DNA of 64,000 nucleotides, from positions 384,001 through 448,000 of the forward strand of contig CAVWWD010000007.1 of NCBI GenBank assembly GCA_963758635.1, in the 5' to 3' direction. The stretch is from an uncultured Candidatus Rokubacteria bacterium (lineage in GTDB: Bacteria; Methylomirabilota; Methylomirabilia; Rokubacteriales; CSP1-6). Below the pieces are notes generated by a model. That model was given only the letters and a program-made list of their open reading frames with translations, had not been told where the DNA came from and made no database searches. A program made the position numbers and the translations under genes. Positions 20,146-29,984 of this stretch are shown one piece after another (position 1 is the first letter of the stretch; each line of letters starts with the position of its first letter).

Positions 20146-20876
20146 CGCGCCGCCGCCTTCTGCTCGGGGTGGGCGGGTCCGTGACAGTCCAGGCACGAGG
20201 TCTTGCCCTCGATCAGGGCGGGTAGCTCCTCCTTGGGGTGGCCGTCCGAGTTCATGAACTTCGGGGCGCCGCCGTGGCAGCCGAGGCACCGGCTGTTCGG
20301 AAACGGGCTCGCGATCTTGAGCGGCAGGGTGTAGGTCCCGGTCGTGTAGTACCAGACGTGGCCGAGCCCGGCCAGCTTGGCCTGGACCGTGCCCGCCATC
20401 CCGTAGTCCGAGTGGCAGGTGTAGCACTGGTGGTCGCGGATGTAGCGGTTCTTGGAGTGGACCGCGGCGAGGGTCTCGCTCTGGGGATTCCGGAGGTCCT
20501 CGACGTACGGCTTCATGACGTGACAGGAGCCGCACGAGGACACCGTGGAGGACTCCTCGAGTCCGTGGGCGAAGGCCAGGAACGCCACCATCAGCGGCAC
20601 GAGGCCCACGGCCACGAGCATCCAGCCGCGGGTGGTGGCCGAGACGCCCGCCCGGGAGAGGCTCCGCCAGGCCAGGGCGAGCAGTGCCAGGTTCAGGAGG
20701 GCGAAGGCGATGCCGAAGCCCCGGATCCATTGGCTCACCGTCCCCACCCATCCGTGGGGGAGCGGCACCCCCTCGTCGAGGGCCAACGCGGCCACAGGAA
20801 GGAGGCACAGGGCGAGCCCCGCCACCAGGGTGCAGGTCACGTTCAGGGCGCGCTTCGCGTCGAGGGCGCGCTTCAC
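20142..20876 (-). CDS. NapC/NirT/CymA-family membrane tetraheme quinol oxidoreductase
   Basis: N-terminal TM helices; CGSCHVM, CYTCH, CLGCH, CLDCH; KLAGLGHVW. Confidence 0.85.
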   Translation of the reverse strand: MKRALDAKRALNVTCTLVAGLALCLLPVAALALDEGVPLPHGWVGTVSQWIRGFGIAFALLNLALLALAWRSLSRAGVSATTRGWMLVAVGLVPLMVAFLAFAHGLEESSTVSSCGSCHVMKPYVEDLRNPQSETLAAVHSKNRYIRDHQCYTCHSDYGMAGTVQAKLAGLGHVWYYTTGTYTLPLKIASPFPNSRCLGCHGGAPKFMNSDGHPKEELPALIEGKTSCLDCHGPAHPEQKAAAR

Positions 20877-20924
20877 GTCCGCCCGTCCTGATCACGCGAG
20901 CGGCTGTCGGCCATGGCGTGGACC

Positions 20925-21621
20925 TCAGATCAACCGGTGGCGGTTCGCATAGGCGACAGCCTCGAGGCGGCTGTGCACCTCGAGCTTCCTGAAGATGCTC
21001 TGGACGTGGTTCCGCACAGTGGCGAGGCTCACGTGCAGGCGCTCGGCGGCCGTCCGCGTGCCCGCGCCCGCGACGAGGAGCCGCAGGACGTCGAGCTCGC
21101 GCGGGCTCAGCGTCCGGCGGGAGCGGTCGGGCCCCGGGTGCCGCGCCCCGCCGTCGCGGACGATGTCGGCCAGGTCGCGGAGCTGGGTCGCGTCGCGGAA
21201 CAGGTGCATGGTGACGTTCCCGCAGGCGCTCGCGGGCACGACGTTCACGCTCAGCCAGATGCGCTTGCCCGCCCTGGTGACGGCCTCCATCTCGAAGGTG
21301 CTGGCCGGCTTGTCGGAGCCCGTGGCGCACAGGAGGCCGCAGCCCGGGCAGGGCCCGCTCCGTCCCGGCGCCGGGAACGCCGAAGACCTGGTCGCAGCGC
21401 CTGCCGATCACGTCTCGCGCCGCGTAGCCGATGATGCGCTCGGCCGCCGCGTTCCACAGGAGGATGCGGCCCTCCGCGCCGACGGCGAAGCCGCCTTCCC
21501 CGATCCCCGCGAGGAGCCGGTCCAGGTCGCGGAGGCTCAGTCGAGACGACGGCGCCCCCGCTCCGGGGCGGCGCTCCGGGATGCTCATGGTCGCCCCCGG
21601 CCTGCGCTCCGGGATGCTCAT
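20925..21621 (-). CDS. PAS domain plus LuxR HTH transcriptional regulator (frameshift near 21360)
   Basis: ILLWNAAAERIIGYAARDVIGRRC (PAS); LSPRELDVLRLL..LHVSLATVRNHVQSIFRKLEVHSRLEAV (LuxR). Confidence 0.88.
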
Positions 21622-21626
21622 GGTCG
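21571..21626. repeat. Direct repeat of 23 identical nt with a 33-nt period, duplicating the regulator's start region
   Basis: GCGCTCCGGGATGCTCATGGTCG at 21571-21593 and 21604-21626; peptide MSIPERRPGA occurs twice. Confidence 0.9.
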
Positions 21627-21658
21627 ATTCCGCCGGCTCGCCTGTCGCCCGCGCGCGG

Positions 21659-22273
21659 TCACTTCGCCGGTTTGTCGAGCCGTACGGCGAGCGCCTGCGT
21701 GTAGGTGATCTCCACGAGGTCGCCCACCTTGACGCCCTCGAGGTTCTTCGGATCGCGTGCCGTGATCGTCTCCGCCCGTCCTTCCGGCCCCCTGATGGTG
21801 ACGGTGTGCGCCTTGCGGTCGATGGCCGTGACGGTCGCCGTGACGGAGATCTCCTGTCCCACTGCGCCTGCCGGATTCTCCCCGGGCTTCGACCCGGTCC
21901 TCGTCTCCTGGACGGTCACGCCGGGCGCGGCGGTCCCCGCCTTCCTGACCCGGACGACCAGCGCCCTCGTGTAGGTGGCCACGACGGGATCGCCCACGGC
22001 GATCGCGTCGAACTTCTGCTTGTCCTGGACGTTGAGCGTGATCGTGCGGCCCCCCGGGCCCTTCAGGGTCACCGTGCTCTTGTCCTTGTCGAGCGCTGAG
22101 ATGGTTCCCTTGACCGTCACTCGCTCCGTCGTGGTCCTGCTCTTGGCCGGGGCCGCTTCCTTCTCACCGGTGGCCGGGGCCTGGGCGAGCTGCGTCGCGT
22201 CGGCCTGGACGGCGGCGGGCGCATGCACCAGCAGCATCATGCCCACGATCGCTGAGATCAGTGTCTCCTGCAT
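21659..22273 (-). CDS. Exported hypothetical protein with two OB-fold-like internal repeats
   Basis: Signal peptide; repeats VKGTISALDKDKSTVTLKGPGG..IAVGDPVVATYTRAL and VTATVTAIDRKAHTVTIRGPEG..VKVGDLVEITYTQAL. Confidence 0.75.
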   Translation of the reverse strand: MQETLISAIVGMMLLVHAPAAVQADATQLAQAPATGEKEAAPAKSRTTTERVTVKGTISALDKDKSTVTLKGPGGRTITLNVQDKQKFDAIAVGDPVVATYTRALVVRVRKAGTAAPGVTVQETRTGSKPGENPAGAVGQEISVTATVTAIDRKAHTVTIRGPEGRAETITARDPKNLEGVKVGDLVEITYTQALAVRLDKPAK

Positions 22274-22312
22274 CTCGCTCTCCTCTCTCTGACCCGGCGC
22301 CCTCGCGGGCGC

Positions 22313-23257
22313 TCAGGTCTTCTTCCAGGTGCTGTCGGGGTTGAACTGCTTCATCGCCTTCGCGATGGCCGCGGTGCTCGGTCCGAGGTTCTTCTGGTAC
22401 ACGACGCCGTCGTGGCTGACGACGAACGTCATGATCCCGGAGGAGCCGTACTGCGCCGGGTAGGCGACCAGGGCGAAGCCGCCGATCATGCGGCCCTGGG
22501 CGAGGTAGTCGTACGCGCCGCCGGGGGCGTCCTTGCCCTGGGCGGTCAGGATCCGGAAGTAGTAGCCCCAGTAGGGCACGGGACCCGATCCCTTGGCGTA
22601 GCCCTCCGCCTTCGCGCGGGCCACCAACAGACCGAGCGGGCTCGGCGGCTCGCCCTCCTTCGTGGGCCAGAAGAGGCCGTCGCGCTTGCCCGGGCTGCTC
22701 GCGAACGCGCGGGCGTACTGCAGGAGGCCGTGTCTGTCGGGGTCGCGGAGGTAGTACTCGCGCTGCGCGTCGACGTAGGCGAGGCACACCTGGATCGTGT
22801 TGAGCTCGTTCTGGCCGATGCGCCGGTTGACGATCTCTTCCCGGCCCGCGGCGGCGTCCCAGCGCCACCACGGGCCGTCGGCGACGAGGGGGATGGCCAG
22901 GGGGAAGTCGTCCTTTCCAACAACGAGGACCACCTTGCCGCCGCCTCCCTCGAGCCGGTGCTGCTCGTCGTACATCGCGACGAACCGCTCCCGGACCTGG
23001 CGGTCCCTGACGGCGTCGCCCGACGACACGAGACCGCTGGCCCCGGGCCCGAAGATCGAGCCCAGCGCTTTGTCGTCCCCCTTCCGGAGCGCGTCCACAA
23101 GGGCGCGCTCGGCTTCCTCGAGCGAGTCGAACCGGCGCTGGGCGGCGCCGTCGGCGGTCGGGGCGCCCCATCCGGCCGTGAGGCTCAGGGTCACGACGGC
23201 GATGGCGACGAGACGCCACCCGATGCTCGGCGGAAGCCTCTTCCGGCGCTGATCCAT
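22313..23257 (-). CDS. DUF2950 domain-containing protein
   Basis: RRIGQNEL, YVDAQREYY, SSPGKRDGLFWP, PYWGYYFRILTAQG, GGFALVAYPAQYGSSGIMTF. Confidence 0.88.
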   Translation of the reverse strand: MDQRRKRLPPSIGWRLVAIAVVTLSLTAGWGAPTADGAAQRRFDSLEEAERALVDALRKGDDKALGSIFGPGASGLVSSGDAVRDRQVRERFVAMYDEQHRLEGGGGKVVLVVGKDDFPLAIPLVADGPWWRWDAAAGREEIVNRRIGQNELNTIQVCLAYVDAQREYYLRDPDRHGLLQYARAFASSPGKRDGLFWPTKEGEPPSPLGLLVARAKAEGYAKGSGPVPYWGYYFRILTAQGKDAPGGAYDYLAQGRMIGGFALVAYPAQYGSSGIMTFVVSHDGVVYQKNLGPSTAAIAKAMKQFNPDSTWKKT

Positions 23258-23283
23258 GATCGCTCCCTCCTCGCCCACCGGGT

Positions 23284-24923
23284 TCACCGGCGCCCTCGTC
23301 CGCCGCCGCCACCTCCGCGCCCGCCGCCGCCGCCACCTCCTCCTCCTCCTCGCGCGCCGCCCCCACCGCCGCTGTAGCTGCCGCCGCCACCACGGCTTCC
23401 GCCGCCGGCGGAACCCATGCTCGACGACCGGCTGCCTCCGCCGGCGCCGCCCCCGCCGAAGCTCGATTCGCGGCTCGCCTGGCCCCGGCTGCTCGAGCCC
23501 CTCACGTCGCTGCCGCCTCCGCCGAACGCGCCCGCGTCACGGCCGCTCGCGGAGCCTCCGCCGCCCATGGTCTCTGCGCGCGCGCCGCCCTGGCCGCCGG
23601 CCGTCTGCCCGCGGCCGCCGACGTCACCGCGCCCGCCGACGCCACCGGCGCCGCCCACGTCACCGCGCCCGCCGACGCCACCGGCGCCGCCGACGTCACC
23701 GCGCCCGCCGACGCCACCGGCGCCGCCCACGTCACCGCGCCCGCCGACGCCACCGGCGCCGCCCACGTCACCGCGCCCGCCGACGCCACCGGCGCCGCCC
23801 ACGTCACCGCGCCCGCCGACGTCACCGCGCGCCGCCACACGTCACCGCCGCGGCCGCCGCCGCTTCCCAGGTCCTGACGGCCCTGCTCGGCGCGCCCGCG
23901 GAACTGCTCGCGGGACTGGGCGGCCTGGGCATTGCCGCCGCGGTTGTACTTCTGCTGCGTCGCCGAGTCACGGTACTGCGTGCCCTTGCGGTTCTCCGGG
24001 TTGTGCTGCCACTGGGAGCGGTTTCCCTGCTGTCCCTGCTGAGCGCGCTGGGTCCGCTGGTTGGCGACCTCGGTTCGGTTCACGTTCTTCGAGTAGTTGG
24101 TGTTCCTGTTCACGTTGACGTCCACGTTGCCGCCGCCCCAGTTGCAGTTGCCCCAGACGGCCGCGCCCACCGCCATGCCCACGCCGAAGGAGAGCGCGGC
24201 GGCGCCCCACGCGTAGCCCGGCGGGTAGGGGTAGTACGGCGGGTACGCCGGGTACGGCCAGGCGCCGTAGACCACGGTCGGGTTGTAGGACGGCACGTAG
24301 ACGACCTCGGGGCTCGCCGGCTCGATCTTGATGACGCTGGTCGGCTGCTGCACCACCACGGTCTGCGATCCTGCGGGCGGACTGGCCGCAGCCGGGGCGG
24401 GCTCGACGATGACCTTCTGCTCCTTCGTCTCCTTGAGGTTGCCCTCCTTCTGGGCCCGGGCGCGCAGGCGCTGGACCGCGTCCAGTAGCTCCTTCTGCTG
24501 CCCGAGGACGGCGTCGCCGAGCTTCTGGGTCCAGTCGAGCTTCTCGTTCATCAGGTCGAGGACCTGGGGGAAGGACGTAAGAGACTTGACGCTGTCGTCC
24601 CAGTCCTGCTCCTTCAGCTTCTCGTTGAGCTGGTCGCCCTTGAGGTTCGGATTGGCCTTCACGAACCGGTGGGCCTGGACGATCTCCAGCGGATACGTCG
24701 AGGCCATGAGCACCTGGGCGAGCAGCGGGTCGGGGTAGAGCGCCACCGGGGCCGCGACCTGCTCGAGCTCCTCCGGCGTGAAGGGCTTGTCCGTGCCGCT
24801 CGGCGCGGCGGCCGGCGCGGAGCTCGACTGCGCGCTCACCGACACGGGCCCCGCCGTCGCCAGGACGAGCAGCCAGGCCAGGAGCCATGCCAGCGGCCTC
24901 GTCCGTTCCATCAATGCGATCAT
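23284..24923 (-). CDS. DUF3300 domain-containing protein with a Gly/Arg-rich tail (frameshift near 23840)
   Basis: LEQVAAPVALYPDPLLAQVLMASTYPLE, WDDSVKSL, WTQKLGDA, YVPSYNPTVVYG, WQHNPENRKG. Confidence 0.88.
23621..23845. repeat. Coding tandem repeat, 36-nt unit, five full copies plus partial copies
   Basis: Unit ACGTCACCGCGCCCGCCGACGCCACCGGCGCCGCCC starting at 23621, 23657, 23693, 23729, 23765; encodes GGRGDVGGAGGV on the minus strand. Confidence 0.95.
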
Positions 24924-24948
24924 GTGATTCTCCTCGCGATACGGGCGG

Positions 24949-26631
24949 TCAACTCAACAGCGCGACGATGACCGGCCCCCACGCCGTCAGCAGGATGTTG
25001 CCCACCGCGTACGGGACCGTGTAGCCGAGTGCTGGCAGCTTGCTCTGGGACTCCTCCTGGAGCGCCCGCAGGGCGGCGGTGACCGTGCCCGCCCCCGAGC
25101 ACGCCCCCAGGAGGATGACCGGATTCATTCTTAGCACGTGCCGGCCGAAGAGGATCGCAAGGGTGTGGGGTAGCACGGCGACCACCAGGCCCACCAGGAG
25201 GAGACTGGGCCCCGACTTCTGGAGCCCGGCCACGAACGTGGGGCCTGCGGTGAGCCCCACCACCCCGATGAAGACGGTGAGCCCGACGGTGTCGAAGACC
25301 CACATGGCGGGCTCGGGGATGCGGCCGAAGGTGGGGCGTACGGCCCGGAGCCAGCCGAAGACCAGGCCCATGATGAGGGCACCACCGCTGGCGGTCAGGG
25401 TGATCGGCACGCCGCCGACCACCAGCGTGAGCAGGCCGACGAGCCCGCCGAGGAAGATACCGAGGCCCACGAAGACCATGTCGGTACTCACCGTGGGCCG
25501 GTCCGCGTAGCCGACCTCCTTCGCCGCCCGCTCGACGTCGCTCCGGGCGCCGATCAGGTTCAGCACGTCGCCGCGCTCGACGCGGGTCTCGGCGGTGAAC
25601 GGCATCTCCTCGCCGAGGCGCACGAGCTTCCGGAGGAAAACGCCGTGCGCGGCCTCGAGGGCGGCCAGCTCGCGGATGGACTTCCCCGCCATCGCCTTGT
25701 TCGTGACCACCACGTCGAGGACCTCGGCCGGGTAGTCGAGCAGGTCCTTGTCCTCCACCTCGGGCCCGATCACGGTGCCCCGGCCCATGAGGATCTCGCT
25801 GCGGGCCATGACCGCGATCACGTCGTCCTTCTCGATGACGGTGTCGGGCGTGGGCTCGAGGATGGCCCGCCCGCGGCGGATGCGCGAGATGAACACGCGC
25901 GTGTCCCGGGGGAGCGCCTCGAGCTGGGCCACCGTCTTGCCGATGAGCCGATCGCTGGTGACGCGGTAGGCGCGGACGGCGAAGCTCTCGAAGGCGGACT
26001 GCACGCCCGGCTCGTGCTCCTCGCCGCCCGCCATCTGGCCCTGGAGCTTCCGGGCCTCGTCGCGGAGGTTCACGCCCATCAGCCGCGGACCCATGGCGGG
26101 CAGGAACCACACGATGAACGCGGTGCCGATGAGGTACGTGCACGCGTATGCCACCGGGATGTTGTTGATCAGCGCCGTCTTCTCCGCGGCCGGGAGCTCG
26201 AGGCGGTTGATGGCGTCGGCGGCGGTGCCGATGACCGTGGACTCCGTGAAGGCCCCGGCGAGGAGCCCGGCCGCCGTGCCCACGTCGTAGCCCATGATCT
26301 TCGACGCCGCCACGGCGCAGAGGAGGCAGGTCACGCACAGCACCACGGTGATGGCGAGCTGGGGCAGCGCGTCCTTCTTCAGGCCCCGGAAGAACTGGGG
26401 CCCCACCTTGTACCCGGTGGTGAACAGGAACAGGTCGAAGAACACGGTCTTCACCAGCCCCGGCACCTTGATGTCGAGCTGGCCGATGAGCACGCCGGCG
26501 AGCAGCGTGCCCACCACCGTGCCGAGGCTGAACGTGCCGATGCGGACGCGCCCGATGGCGAATCCCACGGCCAGCGTCAGGAAGATGGCCAGCTCCGGGT
26601 TCTGGCGGAGGGCGCTGACGAGGTAGTCCAT
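24949..26631 (-). CDS. aspT: Aspartate:alanine antiporter (AspT/YidE/YbjL family)
   Basis: PELAIFLTLAVG, GYKVGPQFF, VAYACTYLIGT, two central TrkA-C-like domains, PALGYTVPYAVGNILLT; adjacent to aspD. Confidence 0.9.
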   Translation of the reverse strand: MDYLVSALRQNPELAIFLTLAVGFAIGRVRIGTFSLGTVVGTLLAGVLIGQLDIKVPGLVKTVFFDLFLFTTGYKVGPQFFRGLKKDALPQLAITVVLCVTCLLCAVAASKIMGYDVGTAAGLLAGAFTESTVIGTAADAINRLELPAAEKTALINNIPVAYACTYLIGTAFIVWFLPAMGPRLMGVNLRDEARKLQGQMAGGEEHEPGVQSAFESFAVRAYRVTSDRLIGKTVAQLEALPRDTRVFISRIRRGRAILEPTPDTVIEKDDVIAVMARSEILMGRGTVIGPEVEDKDLLDYPAEVLDVVVTNKAMAGKSIRELAALEAAHGVFLRKLVRLGEEMPFTAETRVERGDVLNLIGARSDVERAAKEVGYADRPTVSTDMVFVGLGIFLGGLVGLLTLVVGGVPITLTASGGALIMGLVFGWLRAVRPTFGRIPEPAMWVFDTVGLTVFIGVVGLTAGPTFVAGLQKSGPSLLLVGLVVAVLPHTLAILFGRHVLRMNPVILLGACSGAGTVTAALRALQEESQSKLPALGYTVPYAVGNILLTAWGPVIVALLS

Positions 26632-26649
26632 CTCGCGGGCTCCTGCGCC

Positions 26650-28261
26650 CTATTTCTTCGGGGCGCGCTTCGAGGCCTCGAAGGCGTCGCGGTAGCCGCG
26701 CGCGATCGCGCGCACGCCGCGCCCGATGTCGTCGTAGACGTCGTCGGGCAGGTTGGCGAGCGACACGCGCAGCGACCAGTCGGGCGCGTCGAACCCGCCG
26801 CCGTTCAGGAGCACGATCCCGTGCTGCTCGGCGAGCCGGAAGGCCAGGTCGAGCGGGTGGACGTTCTTCTTCAGATACTCCACCGCCTCATCGCCGAGGT
26901 TCTTCCGGGCGAAGAACTCGAAGTCGATCAGCCCGTAGTAGGCGTCGAAGAGCGGGTTGGACGGGGCCTCGATGCCGAGACCCTCGGCCATGGCCCGCGC
27001 GCGCTGGTGGACGATCTCCATGCAGGCCGTCTGGTAACGCTTCTCGACGTCCATCAGCTCGGCGAGGGAGAACAGGCTCATCATCACCTGTTGCGGCAGG
27101 GACAGCCCGGCGGTGTGGTTCAGGCCCACGTCGCGGCTGTCCGCCACGATACGGTCGATGAACTTGAGCTTCCGCGGCTCGAGCATGAGGTGGCCGTAGC
27201 GCTTGTCGAGGGCCTGGAGGGTCGTGCCCGTGTGCTTGGCGATCATCTCGTCGAAGATGTTGTTCTCGTGCAGCGCGATGACCCCCAGCCGCCAGCCCGT
27301 GCAGCCGAAGTACTTCGAGTACGAGTAGACGCCCAGGGTGTTCCGGGGCAGCTCGCCGAGGAGCGAGCGGAAGCCGTGGACGAACGTCCCGTAGACGTCG
27401 TCGGTGAGGAGCATCAGGTCCGGGCGCTTGGTCTTCACCAGCGTGGCGATCTTGCCGATCGTCTCCTTGCTCAGCGCGACGCCGGTGGGGTTGCCGGGGT
27501 TGACGAGGAAGAACGCCTTGATCTTCGGGTCTTCGAGCTTCCGGAGCTCGGCGTCGGTGAACTGGAAGCCGTTCTCCTGCGGCGCCGCGATGTTGACCAC
27601 GTTGAGCGCGTAGTCCTCGAGATGCGTCATCTCGATGTAGGGCGTGAAGATGGGGGTGCCCAGCGCGATGGTGTCCCCCGGCTGGAGCAGCCGATTGGCC
27701 TTGAGGGACTTGAAGAGGTAGCACATCGCCGCGGTGCCGCCCTCGACCGCGTAGAGGTCGAACTTGCCGGCGGGCCGCGGGCTCCCGCACATCGCCCACA
27801 TCAGGTACTCGTGCACGATGCGCTCGTTGTGGACGAGCATGCGGTCGGGGACGGGGTAGTTGTCGCCGATGATGGAGTCCACGAGCTCGTGGACGAAGGC
27901 ATCCGCCTCGAACGTGAAGGTCTTCACCGCGAACGCCACCATCTTGCCGAGGAACGCCGCTCCCGGCGTCATCCGCGTGCTTCCCCAGCCACGCCGTGAG
28001 GCGCGCGGCGATGCCCTGGGCCGCGGGCATGCCGGCGAGCCCGGCGGGATGCTCCATCACCCGCCGGCTCTCGGTCAGCGCGAACTGGCCGAGGAGGAAG
28101 AAGCCCTCCCGAGGCTCGGTGGCGATCCAGTTCGGGTTGCCGCGGCCGGCGTTGAGGAACGCGGACTGCGTGGTCTTGGACGTCTTCTTGGCGAGCCTGG
28201 CGAGCTCGTCCTTGATCTCGAACGGGCCCATCTTCTCGAACACCTTCAGGTCGATGGTCAT
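26650..28261 (-). CDS. aspD: Aspartate 4-decarboxylase (PLP-dependent; frameshift near 27970)
   Basis: PFEIKDEL, LNAGRGNPNW, GDNYPVPDRML, EGGTAAMCY, LTDDVYGTF, YSYSKYFGCTGWRLG, HTAGLSLPQQ, RVSLANL. Confidence 0.92.
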
Positions 28262-28293
28262 GGTTGGCTCCCTCGATCGGGTCAGGGTGGCGT

Positions 28294-29984
28294 TCAGGCC
28301 AGGAGCATGATGAGGACCATGCCCCAGATGGTGAGCAGCGTGTTGCCGACGGCGTAGGTCACGGTGTAACCGAGCGCGGGCACCTGGCTCTGGGCGCGAT
28401 CGCACACCAGGCCGAGCGAGGCCGTGGTCGTGCGCGAGCCGGAAAGGATGCCCAGGATGAGCGCGTCGTGGAAGCGGAAGACGTACTTCGCGACGTAGAG
28501 GCCGAGGATCAGCGGCACCGTGGTCGCCACGGCTCCCCACAGGAACAGGCTCAACCCCTGTGTCTTCAGGCCGTTGACGAAGCCCGGGCCGGCGGAGATG
28601 CCGACGATCGCGATGAAGATGTTGAGGCCGACGGAGTTCATGAACCACACGGTGGACGACGGGATGCGCCCGAAGTACGGACGCGTCGAGCGCAGCCAGC
28701 CGAACACGATGCCCGCGATCAGGGCGCCGCCCGCGGTCGAGAGGGTGATGGGGACACCGGCGACCTTCCAGACGAGCGCGCCGACGAGCGCGCCGAGCGT
28801 GATCGCCCCGCCGATGAACGCCACGTCCGCGACGTCGGTGGGCCGATCGAGCACGCCCAGCATCTTGGCCGCGGCCGTGGTGTCCTGGGTGCGGCCGACG
28901 AGCGTCAGGATATCGCCCCGCTGGATCGTCGTGTTGGGCAGCACCGGAATGCTGGTGGCGGTCGCGCCCCGCGTGATGCCGCGCAGGAAGACGCCGCGGG
29001 CGGCGGGCCGGCTGGCCAGCTCGGCCAGCGTCTTGCCGTCGACCTCCTTGCTCGTCACGTAGACGTCGACGCCTTCGATGGGCACGTTCAGGAGCTCCGC
29101 GTCGTCGATCTCCTTGCCCCCTGCCCGACCAGGGACACGAGCACCTCGCGCGGGCCGGAGACCGCGATCACGTCTCCCTCGCGCAACACGGTGTCCGCGG
29201 TGGCGTCCTCGATCACCCCGTTGCGGCGGATCCGCTCGACGAACACGCGCGCGTCGGGCACGAGCGCCTCCGCCTCGGCCGCGCGCAGGCCGACGGCCTT
29301 CCCGCCCGCCTGCACCCGGAAGGCGCGCAGCTCCCAGCGGTGCCACGCCGAGCCCGCGCCGCCCATCGCCTTGGCCCCGCCCTGCTTCGCCTCGTAGTCC
29401 TTGCACGCGGCGACCAGGTCGATGCGGAGGAGCGCGGGGCAGATGAGCGCGATCACGATGGCGGAGCCGACGGTGCCGAACATGTACGTCACCGCGTAGG
29501 CGACGGGCATGTTGTCCAGCAGCGCCTTGGTCTGGTCCGCGGCCAGGCCGAGCCGGTTGATCGCGTCGGTCGAGAGGCCCATCGCCGCCGAGATCGTCTG
29601 CGATCCCGAGTAGAGCCCCGCCGCGTAGCCGAGGTCGTAGCCCGCGAGCTTGGCGATCACCACGGGCACCACCAGGCAGAACACGCACTGGACGGCGGAG
29701 AAGATGGCCTGGGGCAGCCCGTCCTTGGCCACGCCGCGGACGAACTGGGGGCCGACCCCGTAGCCGACGGCGAACAGGAACAGGAGGAAGACCGTGGCCT
29801 TCAGCGGCTGCGAGATCGTGATCCCGATCTGGCCGATGAGCACGCCGGCGAGCAGCGTCGCGGTCACGGACCCGAGCCCGATCCCGCGGAAGGTGAACTT
29901 GCCGAAGTAGTAGCCGAGGCCCAGCGCGAGGAAGATCGCGATCTCGGGGTAGGTGCGGAACGTCGCCGCGAACCACTCAAGCAT
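28294..29984 (-). CDS. aspT: Second AspT-family antiporter (frameshift near 29120)
   Basis: [48 protein letters not shown]; diverged paralog of 24949-26631. Confidence 0.88.

Noticed and set aside
23621..23845. 36-nt repeats as a CRISPR array
   Set aside because: The units are directly adjacent with no unique spacers, keep frame inside a coding tail, and no cas genes are present.
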